A DNA stretch of 64,000 nt from positions 39,260-103,259 of the forward strand of contig JAZRVB010000071.1 in assembly GCA_045598885.1 (NCBI GenBank), given 5' to 3'. Positions 10,360 to 20,242 of this stretch are shown piece by piece; position 1 is the stretch's first letter, and the number at the start of each line of letters is the position of its first letter. The position numbers were made by a program, and so were the translations under genes. The notes under the pieces were generated by a model, which ran no database searches, had not been told where the DNA came from, and saw only the letters and a program-made list of their open reading frames with translations. Origin of the DNA: Bacteroidales bacterium (GTDB lineage Bacteria; Bacteroidota; Bacteroidia; Bacteroidales; UBA3663).

Positions 10360-11337
10360 TTACAAGCTGTTATATGAAGGCGAGAAAGTATCACCCTTGG
10401 TGATATCACCCGTCGAAGCTCCCAGGCGTAACCAGCGGCTGCGCTGAGCAGAAGTACCGTGATTGAATGACTCAGGAACGGTGTATCCCTGTGCCTTCTT
10501 CTGGAGGTAGTCATCGCCGATCTTCTGAGCAGCATTGAGGCCTTCCTCGATGTCGCCAGCCTCCAGAGAATTGAACATCATATTGTCATTATAAGCCCAA
10601 ACGCCAGCATAGAAATCGGCCTGCAATTCGAGGCGTACGCTGATCTGATTGCTCTCCTTCTCGCTGACGCGGCGCATCTGAGCGTGAGCCTCATTGAGCG
10701 TGCCGAGGAGGTACTGCACGTGGTGACCCACCTCATGAGCAATGACGTATGCGTAGGCAAAGTCGCCGTCTGCGCCAATCTGGCGCTTCATGTTCATGAA
10801 GAACGAGAGGTCGATATATACGGTCTGATCGGCCGAGCAGTAGAAAGGACCCGTGCTTGAAGTCGCGCCACCACAACCCGACTGAACGGCGTTGGTGAAG
10901 AGTACGAGCTTTGGAGCCTGATAAGTACGACCCATCTGTTGGAAGATTCTTGACCAGACGTCCTCGGTGCCTGCCAGGATCTTGCGGCTGAAAGTAGCCA
11001 ACTCCTCCTCTTCGGCCGAGCCTACATAGTCGGTCTGCTCAGTCTGCTCAGTGATCTGTGGCATGCCACCGCCTGCGCCTACCAGTCCGCCGAGGATGCT
11101 GCCTAAGCCGCCGCCTCCGCTGAAGAGTGCCAGGCCAATCACAACGACCAGGACAAGACCCAGTGGGCCACAGCCCTTCTTGCCACCGCTGCCACTACTC
11201 TTTCCAGACAGAAACAGCTGCAGGAGCAGGCCAAGGATATTGAGGCCACCGCCACCCATACTTCCAAAACTACCACCGCCGCTCTGACCACGGCGATCGT
11301 CTACATTCTGACTCTCACGTCTTCCGTCAAGTTTCAT
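10360..11337 (-). CDS. Neutral zinc metallopeptidase (YpfJ-like)
   Basis: RESQNVDDRR N-terminus, GPFYC, AHEVGHHVQ, ELQADFYAG, ESFNHGTS. Confidence 0.92.
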   Translation of the reverse strand: MKLDGRRESQNVDDRRGQSGGGSFGSMGGGGLNILGLLLQLFLSGKSSGSGGKKGCGPLGLVLVVVIGLALFSGGGGLGSILGGLVGAGGGMPQITEQTEQTDYVGSAEEEELATFSRKILAGTEDVWSRIFQQMGRTYQAPKLVLFTNAVQSGCGGATSSTGPFYCSADQTVYIDLSFFMNMKRQIGADGDFAYAYVIAHEVGHHVQYLLGTLNEAHAQMRRVSEKESNQISVRLELQADFYAGVWAYNDNMMFNSLEAGDIEEGLNAAQKIGDDYLQKKAQGYTVPESFNHGTSAQRSRWLRLGASTGDITKGDTFSPSYNSL

Positions 11338-11375
11338 AAAGATAATAGATTATAAAGTGTCATGTTGCCCGGAGC

Positions 11376-12248
11376 TTAAAGCTCACGCAGGATTGATGCA
11401 ATCTTCTCAAATGTAGTGATTCGCGTTGGCACCAATGGCAAGCGGAGCACATTCTCGCAATAACCCATTGCATTGAGCATAGCCTTCACGCCAGCTGGAT
11501 TGCCGTCGACAAAGAGCAGTGAGAAGAGCTCCTTGAAGCGATGGTGAATCTTAAGTGCCGATGAGTACTCACCCTCCATTGCAAGGCGCACCATCTTGGC
11601 AAATTCCTTAGGGAATGCATTACCAATCACCGAGATAACACCCTCTGCACCCAAGGTGATAAGTGGGAAGGTGATGCCGTCATCGCCACTCAGGACGGTG
11701 AAGTTCTCAGGCTTATTCTTGATGATATCGTCAATCTGGTCGAAGTTACCAGAAGCCTCCTTGATAGCAATGATGTTAGGATGAGTAGCGAGACGCAAGG
11801 TGGTAGCAGCGGTCATATTGACGCCTACACGACCTGGGACGTTATAGAGGATCACAGGGATCGGACTAGCATCTGCAATGGCTGTAAAATGCTGGAAGAG
11901 ACCTTCCTGGCTTGGCTTGTTGTAGTAAGGAACGACGCTCAGGATAGCGTCAATGCCGCGCCAGTCGCCGTTCTTCAGTTCATCGACGATGGCCATGGTG
12001 TTATTGCCGCCACATCCAAGGACGATAGGGATGCGGCCACGTACCTGCTCTACGACGAGCTTACGGACCTTGGCGCGCTCCTCGGCGCTCAGGGTTGGTG
12101 TCTCAGCGGTGGTGCAGAGTACTGCGAGGAAGTCTGCACCAGCAGTCACCTGATATTCAACAAGACGCAACAATGCTTCGTAGTCGACCGACATATCGGC
12201 CTTGAAAGGAGTAATCAGGGCGATACCCATTCCTTTTATGTTTGCCAT
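11376..12248 (-). CDS. dapA: 4-hydroxy-tetrahydrodipicolinate synthase
   Basis: ALITPF, TTAE, PYYNKP, LYNVPGR, IKEASG, LSGDD. Confidence 0.97.
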   Translation of the reverse strand: MANIKGMGIALITPFKADMSVDYEALLRLVEYQVTAGADFLAVLCTTAETPTLSAEERAKVRKLVVEQVRGRIPIVLGCGGNNTMAIVDELKNGDWRGIDAILSVVPYYNKPSQEGLFQHFTAIADASPIPVILYNVPGRVGVNMTAATTLRLATHPNIIAIKEASGNFDQIDDIIKNKPENFTVLSGDDGITFPLITLGAEGVISVIGNAFPKEFAKMVRLAMEGEYSSALKIHHRFKELFSLLFVDGNPAGVKAMLNAMGYCENVLRLPLVPTRITTFEKIASILREL

Positions 12249-12291
12249 AACGAATTGTATAGTTTTTGGGGCTTTTTATTTATTTCGGGCG

Positions 12292-12299
12292 CAAATATA
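12292..12299 (-). promoter_or_regulatory. Bacteroidetes -7 promoter box for dapA
   Basis: TATATTTG on the minus strand about 45 nt upstream of the ATG. Confidence 0.6.
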
Positions 12300-12341
12300 A
12301 TAAATAATGTGATAAGTCAAACCAAAAACGCAAAAAAGTTA

Positions 12342-13253
12342 TCAAATTTTCAGTGCACCGACGATTTCCGATACATTTTGACAGCCATGGCGGTCAAGAT
12401 ACTCGTTGATTCCGTCTACGATCTTGACGGTCACAGCAGGGTCAATGAAGTTGGCAGTACCTACCTCAATGGCACGTGCGCCACAAAGCATAAACTCAAT
12501 GGCGTCTGTAGCATTCATGATGCCACCCAGGCCAACAATAGGAATCTGCACAGCGTTGTAGACTTGCCATACGCAGCGCAAGGCGATAGGCTTGACTGCA
12601 GCGCCGCTCAGACCTCCTGTGATGGTGCTGAGGACTGGACGCTGACGCTCAGCATCAACGGCCATGGCCAGAACAGTGTTAATGAGGCTGACTGAGTCGG
12701 CTCCTGCTCCTTCCACTGCTTTGGCTATTTCGGCAATGTTGGTGACATTCGGAGTCAACTTGACGATGAGAGGCTTATTGTATACAGCGCGTACTGCACT
12801 AACGACCTCAGCTGCCATCTCAGGCTTAGTACCAAAACCCATGCCGCCTGCCTTGACATTAGGACATGAGATATTGAGCTCTACAGCTGGAATGGTGGCA
12901 ACCTCGTTGAGCATACGTGCACCCTCGACATAATCCTCGATGCAAGAACCTGAAAGATTAACTATGACGTTGGTCTTGAGATGCTCCAGCGTCGGATGAA
13001 TATGATCAATGTAATACTGCACACCCTTGTTCTGCAGGCCAACGGCATTGATCATGCCAGAAGGTGTCTCTGCGAGACGCGGATAGGCGTTGCCCTGACG
13101 TGGATGAAGCGTCGTACCTTTGACGATGAAACCGCCAAGGCGCTCAAGGTCAATGAAATCACTGAACTCAGTACCATAGCCGAAGGTACCTGAGGCGGTG
13201 AGGACTGGATTCTTGAGTTCAAGACCAGCTATATTAGTTGTAAGATTTGCCAT
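12342..13253 (-). CDS. pyrD: Dihydroorotate dehydrogenase, class 1B catalytic subunit
   Basis: [28 protein letters not shown]. Confidence 0.97.
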   Translation of the reverse strand: MANLTTNIAGLELKNPVLTASGTFGYGTEFSDFIDLERLGGFIVKGTTLHPRQGNAYPRLAETPSGMINAVGLQNKGVQYYIDHIHPTLEHLKTNVIVNLSGSCIEDYVEGARMLNEVATIPAVELNISCPNVKAGGMGFGTKPEMAAEVVSAVRAVYNKPLIVKLTPNVTNIAEIAKAVEGAGADSVSLINTVLAMAVDAERQRPVLSTITGGLSGAAVKPIALRCVWQVYNAVQIPIVGLGGIMNATDAIEFMLCGARAIEVGTANFIDPAVTVKIVDGINEYLDRHGCQNVSEIVGALKI

Positions 13254-13257
13254 AGTT

Positions 13258-13386
13258 TAATGAATAATGATTAATGATTAATTAAATGAATAATGTCTGA
13301 TAAAAAAACAATTTCAAAAACAGACTGGAACCAGATTTCAGCAAACCTGCATTCAATTATTAATTATTCATTATTAATTATTAATT
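13258..13386. repeat. Inverted arrays of an AT-rich 7-mer (taatgaa / ttcatta) between pyrK and pyrD
   Basis: taatgaataatgattaatgatt...aatgaataatg (13258-13295) versus cattcaattattaattattcattattaattattaatt (13350-13386). Confidence 0.7.
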
Positions 13387-13392
13387 TTTCTA

Positions 13393-14223
13393 TTACCACT
13401 TGAGATCTTTGATATCAAACACCGGACCCTCCGAGCAGACACACTTATGACCGTCCTTGGTATCCTCCACACAGCAGAGACAGACGCCAAGGCCACAAGC
13501 CATCTTATTCTCGAGGCTGACCTCGCAGAACTTCGGAGCCTCATTTTGCTTCCACTGGCCGACAACTTTGGCTACTGCCTTCATCATAGGGCCAGGACCA
13601 CATACACGAATCGCGTCAAAAGCTCCTTCCAGCAGTATAGTATGCTGCGTAGCGAAGCCCTTCTGACAATAAGGTCGGCCCTCTGCATCACATCCCTCCA
13701 AACCAGGTACTACACTGCCATCTTCGGTTGTAGCATAGACAGCACCTGCCTGCTTGTACAGTGCAACATTGACCAGATCTGCGCAACTTCTTGCACCTAA
13801 GAGGTAAGTAACCTGAGCTCCCTGCTGCTGAAGCGCAAAGCCAGTTTCGAGCAATGGAGCCACACCCACGCCACCACCGATAAGGAGGAAGCGTCCCTGT
13901 GTTGGTTCAAGAATAAAACCGTTGCCCAATGGATAGACAATATTTAAAAGTTCGCCCACGTGAAGGCTAGCCAACCGGTTGGTGCCATTGCCCGCACGCT
14001 GGATGAGCAGCCAGAGTTCGTTTGCCTCACAGTCAATACGGTGAATCGAAATCGGACGACGGAGGAACACTTTAGGTTCGCCATCTACTCTGAGTTCTGC
14101 AAACTGTCCAGCTTTGCACGATGCAATAGGAGAGCCATCAGCTGGAGTCAGACGAAGCATGAACAGTCGGTCGGTAAGAACCTCATTGCTCAATACCTTA
14201 AAGTCGGTGATGTATTTTTTCAT
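13393..14223 (-). CDS. pyrK: Dihydroorotate dehydrogenase electron transfer subunit
   Basis: LRRPISI, GGGVGVAP, CGP and the 2Fe-2S motif MACGLGVCLCC...C; adjacent to pyrD. Confidence 0.95.
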   Translation of the reverse strand: MKKYITDFKVLSNEVLTDRLFMLRLTPADGSPIASCKAGQFAELRVDGEPKVFLRRPISIHRIDCEANELWLLIQRAGNGTNRLASLHVGELLNIVYPLGNGFILEPTQGRFLLIGGGVGVAPLLETGFALQQQGAQVTYLLGARSCADLVNVALYKQAGAVYATTEDGSVVPGLEGCDAEGRPYCQKGFATQHTILLEGAFDAIRVCGPGPMMKAVAKVVGQWKQNEAPKFCEVSLENKMACGLGVCLCCVEDTKDGHKCVCSEGPVFDIKDLKW

Positions 14224-14857
14224 AAGCGTATATTTACGTTCTATTAGACTTTTTACCTTTAAACGTAATAACTCTCCAAATATTGTGAGAAGTGCGCTCA
14301 GAACGCAATTATGGAGGTTTTTGTTTTATGCATTTTTCAAGATTATCAAAAGTGATTTTTATCACCCACACATCTGCCAATAATCCCCAGATCTCACTAC
14401 ACTCCAACCTCTCCTTCCAATTATCATTTTATAACCCAAAGTACCTATTTCATTTATTTATAACATTTTACACTATTCACAAAACAAACTTTCAATACCT
14501 CATACATTATTTTTATCCTCATTCCGCATACCAACTTCTGTAATCCGCTAACTCACGCATTATAAATAGCTGATTTCTCTCCATTTATACACGCGCCACT
14601 ACTTTACATATCCAACACATACAAACAAACATATTACAAATCACCATTTTATATTTTTACCACTATCCAGAGCCGCATCTTTGCATATTCTCCGTATTTT
14701 TCGCTCCTCGACCAAAACACCCATTTTGAGCCTCTTTGAAGCCAATATTATAGCAAAGAGGAAAAAACACCCTCGCGTGTACATTTTTATTTAAATTGAT
14801 TTGGCAATTTCATTTTTTTTGACTACTTTTGCAGCCAGTAAAACAATAAACCTATAT

Positions 14858-15391
14858 ATGAACATTTCCGAGTTCACCAACATATTTCTGCCTAACCTCC
14901 TGTCGCAATACATTGATGGCGATCTGCCGTTTCATGCGCTCGTAGATACCGACCTCTGGAAGCAGGTCTTCCCAGAGACGAAAAAGCCGAACGAGAAGCC
15001 TGGGATCCTGTGGTATCAGATCCAGCTCAACAGCTTTGCACTCCAGGATGGCACCTTGCTCCTCACCTTCTCATTACCAGAACCCAATCAGGCCAATCAG
15101 CCGAAGTTCGCTGGCATCCGACTGAACCGCGCGACCAACGAGGCTGTCTATTACGTCCTCTACAAGCCAAAGTTCTACGACGATCAGTGGGACATCTGCT
15201 ACCTGCCCCTACCTCAGGGCAAGGAGAAGATGAAGATGGAATTCAAGTGCAAGATTGACGGCACAAGCAGCTTGCGCAACTTTGTCTTCACAGTGCAACA
15301 ACTCAAGTTCGAAAGTGAGGACTATGGCACAACCTTGATGGATCTGCTGAAGCGACGTGTCAAGGACGCGCTCTCGACACAGGACAACTGA
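14858..15391 (+). CDS. Hypothetical protein
   Basis: ORF with host-like codon usage; start set at MNISEF, downstream of a TACTTTTG box (14824-14831). Confidence 0.7.
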   Translation: MNISEFTNIFLPNLLSQYIDGDLPFHALVDTDLWKQVFPETKKPNEKPGILWYQIQLNSFALQDGTLLLTFSLPEPNQANQPKFAGIRLNRATNEAVYYVLYKPKFYDDQWDICYLPLPQGKEKMKMEFKCKIDGTSSLRNFVFTVQQLKFESEDYGTTLMDLLKRRVKDALSTQDN

Positions 15392-15429
15392 TACCCCTTT
15401 CACCTACCACTAAAGTACAACAAGGTACT

Positions 15430-17502
15430 ATGATATTTGACCTTCAGTCAGACTACAAGCCCATGGGCGACCAGCCGGAAGCGATCCGGCAGTTGTCAGA
15501 AGGAGTGCTCGAGGGGAATCCTGCGCAGACGCTGCTTGGCGTAACTGGATCTGGCAAGACGTTCACAATGGCCAACGTCATTGCTGAGACAGGGAGGCCT
15601 ACCCTCATCCTGAGCCACAACAAGACGCTGGCAGCTCAGCTCTACAGTGAGATGCGCGCCTTCTTCCCCAACAATCAGGTGGAGTACTTTGTCAGCTACT
15701 ACGACTACTACCAGCCTGAGGCCTATATCCCATCGAGCGACACCTATATCGAGAAGGATCTGGCGGTCAACATGGAGCTCGACCAGCTGCGACTCTCAGC
15801 CACCAACGCTCTCCTGAGCGGCCGACGCGACATTGTAGTCATCAGTTCGGTGAGCTGTCTCTACGGCATTGGCAATCCTGAGGACTTCCACGCCAACATG
15901 ATCACCGTGGAGGTCGGACAGGAGATCGACCGCGACGAACTGCTCCGCAAGCTGCTCAACGCGCAGTATACACGCAACGACGTGGCGCTGCAACGCGGCA
16001 ACTTCCAGTGCAAGGGAGAGACCGTAGATGTGTTCCTCGCCTCGACCGACCTTATTGTACGTATCAACTTCTGTTTTGACGAGATAGAGGAGATCGAGAC
16101 GCTCGACGTAATGACAGGCCACGTGCTACAGCATTTTGATCGTTACGTCATCTCCCCTGCCAACATCTTCACAACCACCAAGGAGCGCGTAGAGAGCGCC
16201 GTAGACGAGATCACGCTCGACCTGGGCAAGCAGATCGCCTTCTTCGAGGAACTTGGCGAACCAGAGAAAGCCGCACGTATCCGCGAGCGTGTCACCTACG
16301 ATCTCGAGATGATCAAGGAGGTCGGCTACTGCTCTGGCATCGAGAACTACAGCCGCTACTTCGACGGCCGACCCGCAGGCTCACGTCCTTTCTGTCTGCT
16401 CGACTACTTTCCGAAGGACTTCTTGCTCATCGTCGACGAGAGCCACGTCACCATTCCGCAGATCCGCGCTATGAGCGGTGGCGACTTCCAGCGCAAGTCG
16501 AACCTCGTGAACTACGGCTTCCGCCTCCCCTCAGCCATCGACAACCGTCCGCTGAGGTTCGAGGAGTTCGAGTCGCTTACACCTTATACTATATATGTAA
16601 GCGCCACCCCAGCCGACTACGAGCTGACACGCTGCGAGGGTGTAGTGGCCGAACAGGTGATCCGCCCTACTGGATTGCTTGATCCGATCATCGAGGTCCG
16701 TCCGTCAGAGAATCAGATCGACGACCTCATGGAGGAGATCCAGCAGACCATCGAAGCTGGCGAGCGTACCCTTGTCACAACTCTCACCAAGCGCATGGCC
16801 GAAGAGCTCGACGAGTACCTGCGCGAACACGGCATCCGCTGCGCCTACATACACAGCGACGTCGATACGCTCGACCGAGTACGCATCATGGACGAACTGC
16901 GCGAAGGGGTGCACGACGTCTTGGTAGGTGTCAACCTCCTGCGTGAAGGCCTCGACCTCCCTGAGGTATCGCTCGTAGCCATCCTCGACGCTGACAAGGA
17001 AGGCTTCCTGCGCAACGAGCGCTCACTCACCCAGACCGTCGGACGAGCAGCGCGTAACGTGCATGGCCGCGCCATCATGTACGCCGACAGCATCACAGGC
17101 TCCATGCAGCGCACCATCGACGAGACCGAGCGCCGACGCATCAAGCAGATGCGCTACAACGAGGAGCACGGCATCACGCCGCAGCAGATCATCAAGCCGC
17201 GTAAGTCCTTGCTCGACAACGAACAGCTCGCTGAGACCCGCGCCGCCTTCGAGTTGCAGAAGAAACCTGCTATGGTGGCCGACGAGACGCTCCTGTCCTA
17301 CCACGCCACCTCAGGCAAAGCCGCTGGCCGTCAGCAGGTTCAGGAGACACCTGAGATGCTCAAAGCCGAGATCGATCGCGCCAAGGAGAAGATGCTGGCC
17401 GCTGCCAAGGCCCTCGACTTCATGGAGGCAGCCAACCTGCGCGACTACATGCTCATGCTGACAGAGAAGTATGAGAAGATGGTCGGCAAAGTAACAAGTT
17501 GA
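15430..17502 (+). CDS. uvrB: Excinuclease ABC subunit B
   Basis: GVTGSGKT, YYDYYQPEAY, DESH, NLLREGLDLPEV, C-terminal UVR domain. Confidence 0.99.
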   Translation: MIFDLQSDYKPMGDQPEAIRQLSEGVLEGNPAQTLLGVTGSGKTFTMANVIAETGRPTLILSHNKTLAAQLYSEMRAFFPNNQVEYFVSYYDYYQPEAYIPSSDTYIEKDLAVNMELDQLRLSATNALLSGRRDIVVISSVSCLYGIGNPEDFHANMITVEVGQEIDRDELLRKLLNAQYTRNDVALQRGNFQCKGETVDVFLASTDLIVRINFCFDEIEEIETLDVMTGHVLQHFDRYVISPANIFTTTKERVESAVDEITLDLGKQIAFFEELGEPEKAARIRERVTYDLEMIKEVGYCSGIENYSRYFDGRPAGSRPFCLLDYFPKDFLLIVDESHVTIPQIRAMSGGDFQRKSNLVNYGFRLPSAIDNRPLRFEEFESLTPYTIYVSATPADYELTRCEGVVAEQVIRPTGLLDPIIEVRPSENQIDDLMEEIQQTIEAGERTLVTTLTKRMAEELDEYLREHGIRCAYIHSDVDTLDRVRIMDELREGVHDVLVGVNLLREGLDLPEVSLVAILDADKEGFLRNERSLTQTVGRAARNVHGRAIMYADSITGSMQRTIDETERRRIKQMRYNEEHGITPQQIIKPRKSLLDNEQLAETRAAFELQKKPAMVADETLLSYHATSGKAAGRQQVQETPEMLKAEIDRAKEKMLAAAKALDFMEAANLRDYMLMLTEKYEKMVGKVTS

Positions 17503-17523
17503 CAAAGTAACAAGTTGACAAAC
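17487..17523 (+). repeat. 16-bp tandem duplication spanning the uvrB stop codon
   Basis: caaagtaacaagttga twice (17487-17502 and 17503-17518). Confidence 0.8.
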
Positions 17524-17563
17524 TCGCCAACAGCACAGACGAATTCTATACATTATAAATACT

Positions 17564-17682
17564 AGGCCCACAGATACCTGCTAACCGCATTGCAGCCTAT
17601 CCCAAGCCATCATTATCAACCAGGCCAGAGGCGCCTCTAACCGCATTGAGGCAAACCGAAGGCCACAAAACTTTATTATCAC
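17564..17682 (+). promoter_or_regulatory. Candidate tandem cis-regulatory hairpins in the fhs leader
   Basis: ctgc-TAACCGCATT-gcag (17578-17595) and gcctc-TAACCGCATT-gaggc (17633-17652): identical loops on different stems. Confidence 0.5.
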
Positions 17683-17683
17683 T

Positions 17684-19360
17684 ATGAAGAGCGACATCGA
17701 AATCGCACGTGAATGTAACCTTGAGCGCATCCAGAAGATCGCCGAGAAGACTGGTATCGCCGTAGAGGACATCTACCCTTACGGCCACCACATCGCCAAA
17801 GTACCTCTAAGCTACATTGACGAAGAGAAGGTCAAGAAGAGCAACCTCATCCTCGTGACCTCTATCAGCGCCACTAAGGCAGGTATCGGCAAGACCACCG
17901 TATCTATCGGCCTTGACCTCGGCCTCAACAAGATCGGCAAGAAGGCTATCGTCGTATTGCGCGAGCCATCACTCGGCCCATGCTTCGGCATGAAGGGTGG
18001 TGCAGCTGGTGGCGGCTATGCACAGGTATTGCCAATGGAGAAGATCAACCTCCACTTCACTGGCGACTTCCATGCAGTAACCTCTGCTCACAACATGATT
18101 ACCGCGTTGATGGACAACTATTTCTATCAGCGCCGCAAGGAGCTTCCACCTCTCAAGCAGGTACTCTGGAAGCGCGTGCTCGACGTCAATGACCGCGGCC
18201 TCCGCAAGATCGTACAGAGCCTCGGCGGCCTCAACAACGGCATCACTGCTGAGAGTGGCTTCGACATCACCCCTGCTTCTGAGATCATGGCCATCCTCTG
18301 CTTGGCCACCTCGCGCGAAGACCTCCGTCGCCGCATCGAGAACATCCTCCTCGGCTACCGCTACGACGGCACCCCATTCACCGTCAAGGACTTGGGTTGC
18401 GCTGGCGCTATCTGCGTATTGCTCGAAGATGCCCTCATGCCAAACCTCGTACAGACCACCGAGAACACTCCTGCTCTCGTACACGGTGGTCCTTTCGCCA
18501 ATATCGCACACGGCTGTAACACCATCCTGGCTACCAAGCTCGGCATGTCACTCGCTGACTACACCGTCACCGAGGCTGGCTTCGGCGCAGACCTCGGCGC
18601 AGAGAAGTTCCTCGACATCAAGTGCCGCAAGGCTGGCCTCTGCCCTAAACTCACTGTGCTCGTAGCTACCTGCAACGGCCTCAAGATGCACGGCGGCGTA
18701 CCAGCTGACATGATCAAGGAGCCAAACATGGAAGGCTTGAAGAAGGGCTTTGCCAACCTCGACCGCCACGTGTGCAACCTCCAGGGCTTCGGCCAGACCG
18801 TCCTCGTAGCTTTCAACCGCTTTGCCAATGATACCGACGACGAGATCCAGTGCCTCATCGACCACTGCCAGAATGACCTCGGCGTACGTTGCGTAGTCAA
18901 CGACGGCTTCGCTCACGGCGGTGAGGGTGCCAAGGAGCTCGCACAGGCAGTCGTAGAGACCATCGAGCAGAATCCTTCTCAGCCAACGCTCAACTTCACC
19001 TATCAGGACGACGAGACTCCAAAGGCCAAGATCGAGGCAGTAGCCAAGAAGATCTACGGCGCAGAGACCGTCAGCTTCAGCGAGAAGGCCATGAAGATGC
19101 TCAAGCTCGTGCACGACTCAGGCCTCGACAACTTCCCTGTCTGTGTGGCTAAGACCCAGTTCTCATTCACTCCTGATCCAAAGCGCGTAGGTGCTCCTAC
19201 TGGCTTCAACTTCGACATTCAGGACATCGTCATCAACCAGGGCGCAGAGTTCATCGTCGCTATTGCAGGCGAGATGATGCGTATGCCAGGACTCCCTAAG
19301 GTTCCGGCTGCTGAGCAAATTGACATTGACGAGAATGGTATTATTTCTGGATTGTCGTAA
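17684..19360 (+). CDS. fhs: Formate--tetrahydrofolate ligase
   Basis: [57 protein letters not shown]. Confidence 0.99.
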   Translation: MKSDIEIARECNLERIQKIAEKTGIAVEDIYPYGHHIAKVPLSYIDEEKVKKSNLILVTSISATKAGIGKTTVSIGLDLGLNKIGKKAIVVLREPSLGPCFGMKGGAAGGGYAQVLPMEKINLHFTGDFHAVTSAHNMITALMDNYFYQRRKELPPLKQVLWKRVLDVNDRGLRKIVQSLGGLNNGITAESGFDITPASEIMAILCLATSREDLRRRIENILLGYRYDGTPFTVKDLGCAGAICVLLEDALMPNLVQTTENTPALVHGGPFANIAHGCNTILATKLGMSLADYTVTEAGFGADLGAEKFLDIKCRKAGLCPKLTVLVATCNGLKMHGGVPADMIKEPNMEGLKKGFANLDRHVCNLQGFGQTVLVAFNRFANDTDDEIQCLIDHCQNDLGVRCVVNDGFAHGGEGAKELAQAVVETIEQNPSQPTLNFTYQDDETPKAKIEAVAKKIYGAETVSFSEKAMKMLKLVHDSGLDNFPVCVAKTQFSFTPDPKRVGAPTGFNFDIQDIVINQGAEFIVAIAGEMMRMPGLPKVPAAEQIDIDENGIISGLS

Positions 19361-19370
19361 TTTTTTTGAA

Positions 19371-19540
19371 GGGTAGTAAAAGAGGAGTAAAAAGGAAGTA
19401 AAAGGGTAGTAAAAAGGACGATAGTGCCAGCTACCTAAAGCCATCGTGACCTACCAAGAGTCGCAAAGCTTGTGTCCCACATAACATACGTCCCTTTTAC
19501 TCCCCTTTTACTCCCCTATAACTTCCCTTTTACTCCCCTT
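19371..19540. repeat. Inverted arrays of an 11-mer (ggg(t/g)agtaaaa / ttttactcccc)
   Basis: Four units at 19371-19414 and four reverse-complement units at 19495-19538; inner edges close with ggacg/cgtcc. Confidence 0.85.
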
Positions 19541-19547
19541 ATAAACA

Positions 19548-20135
19548 ATGAAAAAGCTTTTTCCCATCGTAGCTCTGCTCCTCGCCTCTTGCGCAGGCAA
19601 TCAGCAGACCAACAACGAGACTACCGCTCCTGCTGAAGAAGAGGTAGCCTACGTTGACACCCTCGCTGCCAATCACCCAGAGTATCTCCCAGAGATCGCC
19701 GTAGGCAGCGAAGCCCCAAACTTTGCCGCTCCAGACACCCTCGGTCAGGTGGTCAACCTCACCGACTTCGCTGGCAAGTGGGTAGTTGTAGACTTCTGGG
19801 CCTCATGGTGTGGCGACTGCCGCCGCGAGATGCCAGAGGTACAGGAACTCTTTGCCGAGCTTAACGGCCAGCAGATCAAGGGTGCTGACGTGCAGTTCCT
19901 CAGCCACTCATTCGACCGCGCTGAGGAGAACTGGAAGTCTTACCTCCGCGCCAACGAGATGCCTTGGCCACAGATCAGCACCCTCGAGCCTAAGTGGAAG
20001 GACATTGCTGTCACCCAGGCTTACGGCCTCCATTGGATTCCAGCCTTCATCCTCATCTCACCAGAGGGTAAAGTTGCTGGTAAGGCCATCACCGCCAAGG
20101 GCCTCCGTCAGGTCATCAAGGATGCCACCAGGTAA
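19548..20135 (+). CDS. TlpA/ResA-family thiol-disulfide oxidoreductase lipoprotein
   Basis: Lipobox LASC; DFWASWCGDC; cis-Pro motif WIP. Confidence 0.92.
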   Translation: MKKLFPIVALLLASCAGNQQTNNETTAPAEEEVAYVDTLAANHPEYLPEIAVGSEAPNFAAPDTLGQVVNLTDFAGKWVVVDFWASWCGDCRREMPEVQELFAELNGQQIKGADVQFLSHSFDRAEENWKSYLRANEMPWPQISTLEPKWKDIAVTQAYGLHWIPAFILISPEGKVAGKAITAKGLRQVIKDATR

Positions 20136-20148
20136 GCAACTTTGCTGC

Positions 20149-20235
20149 TAAATATCAAATAGCAAATAGCACAGAAAAAATATCACCACCTGAGCTACAA
20201 AATGTGGCAAAGGTGGTGATAATTTTTGATATCAC
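20149..20235. repeat. Dispersed palindromic element (copy 2 of 3); likely bidirectional terminator
   Basis: aaaaaatatcaccacct...aggtggtgataattttt preceded by caaata(t/g) 7-mers; aligns with the reverse complement of 54011-54110. Confidence 0.8.
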
Positions 20236-20242
20236 TTCTGTA

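Noticed and set aside
14350-14700. Replication origin (oriC)
   Set aside because: The DnaA-like boxes are degenerate, the plus strand looks C-rich on both sides (no visible skew switch), and no typical origin-linked genes are nearby.
17578-17600. Canonical SAM-II riboswitch upstream of fhs
   Set aside because: Only the UAACCG(C)AUUGCA segment is similar; the P1 context and the 3' GCUAAA pseudoknot strand are not visible.
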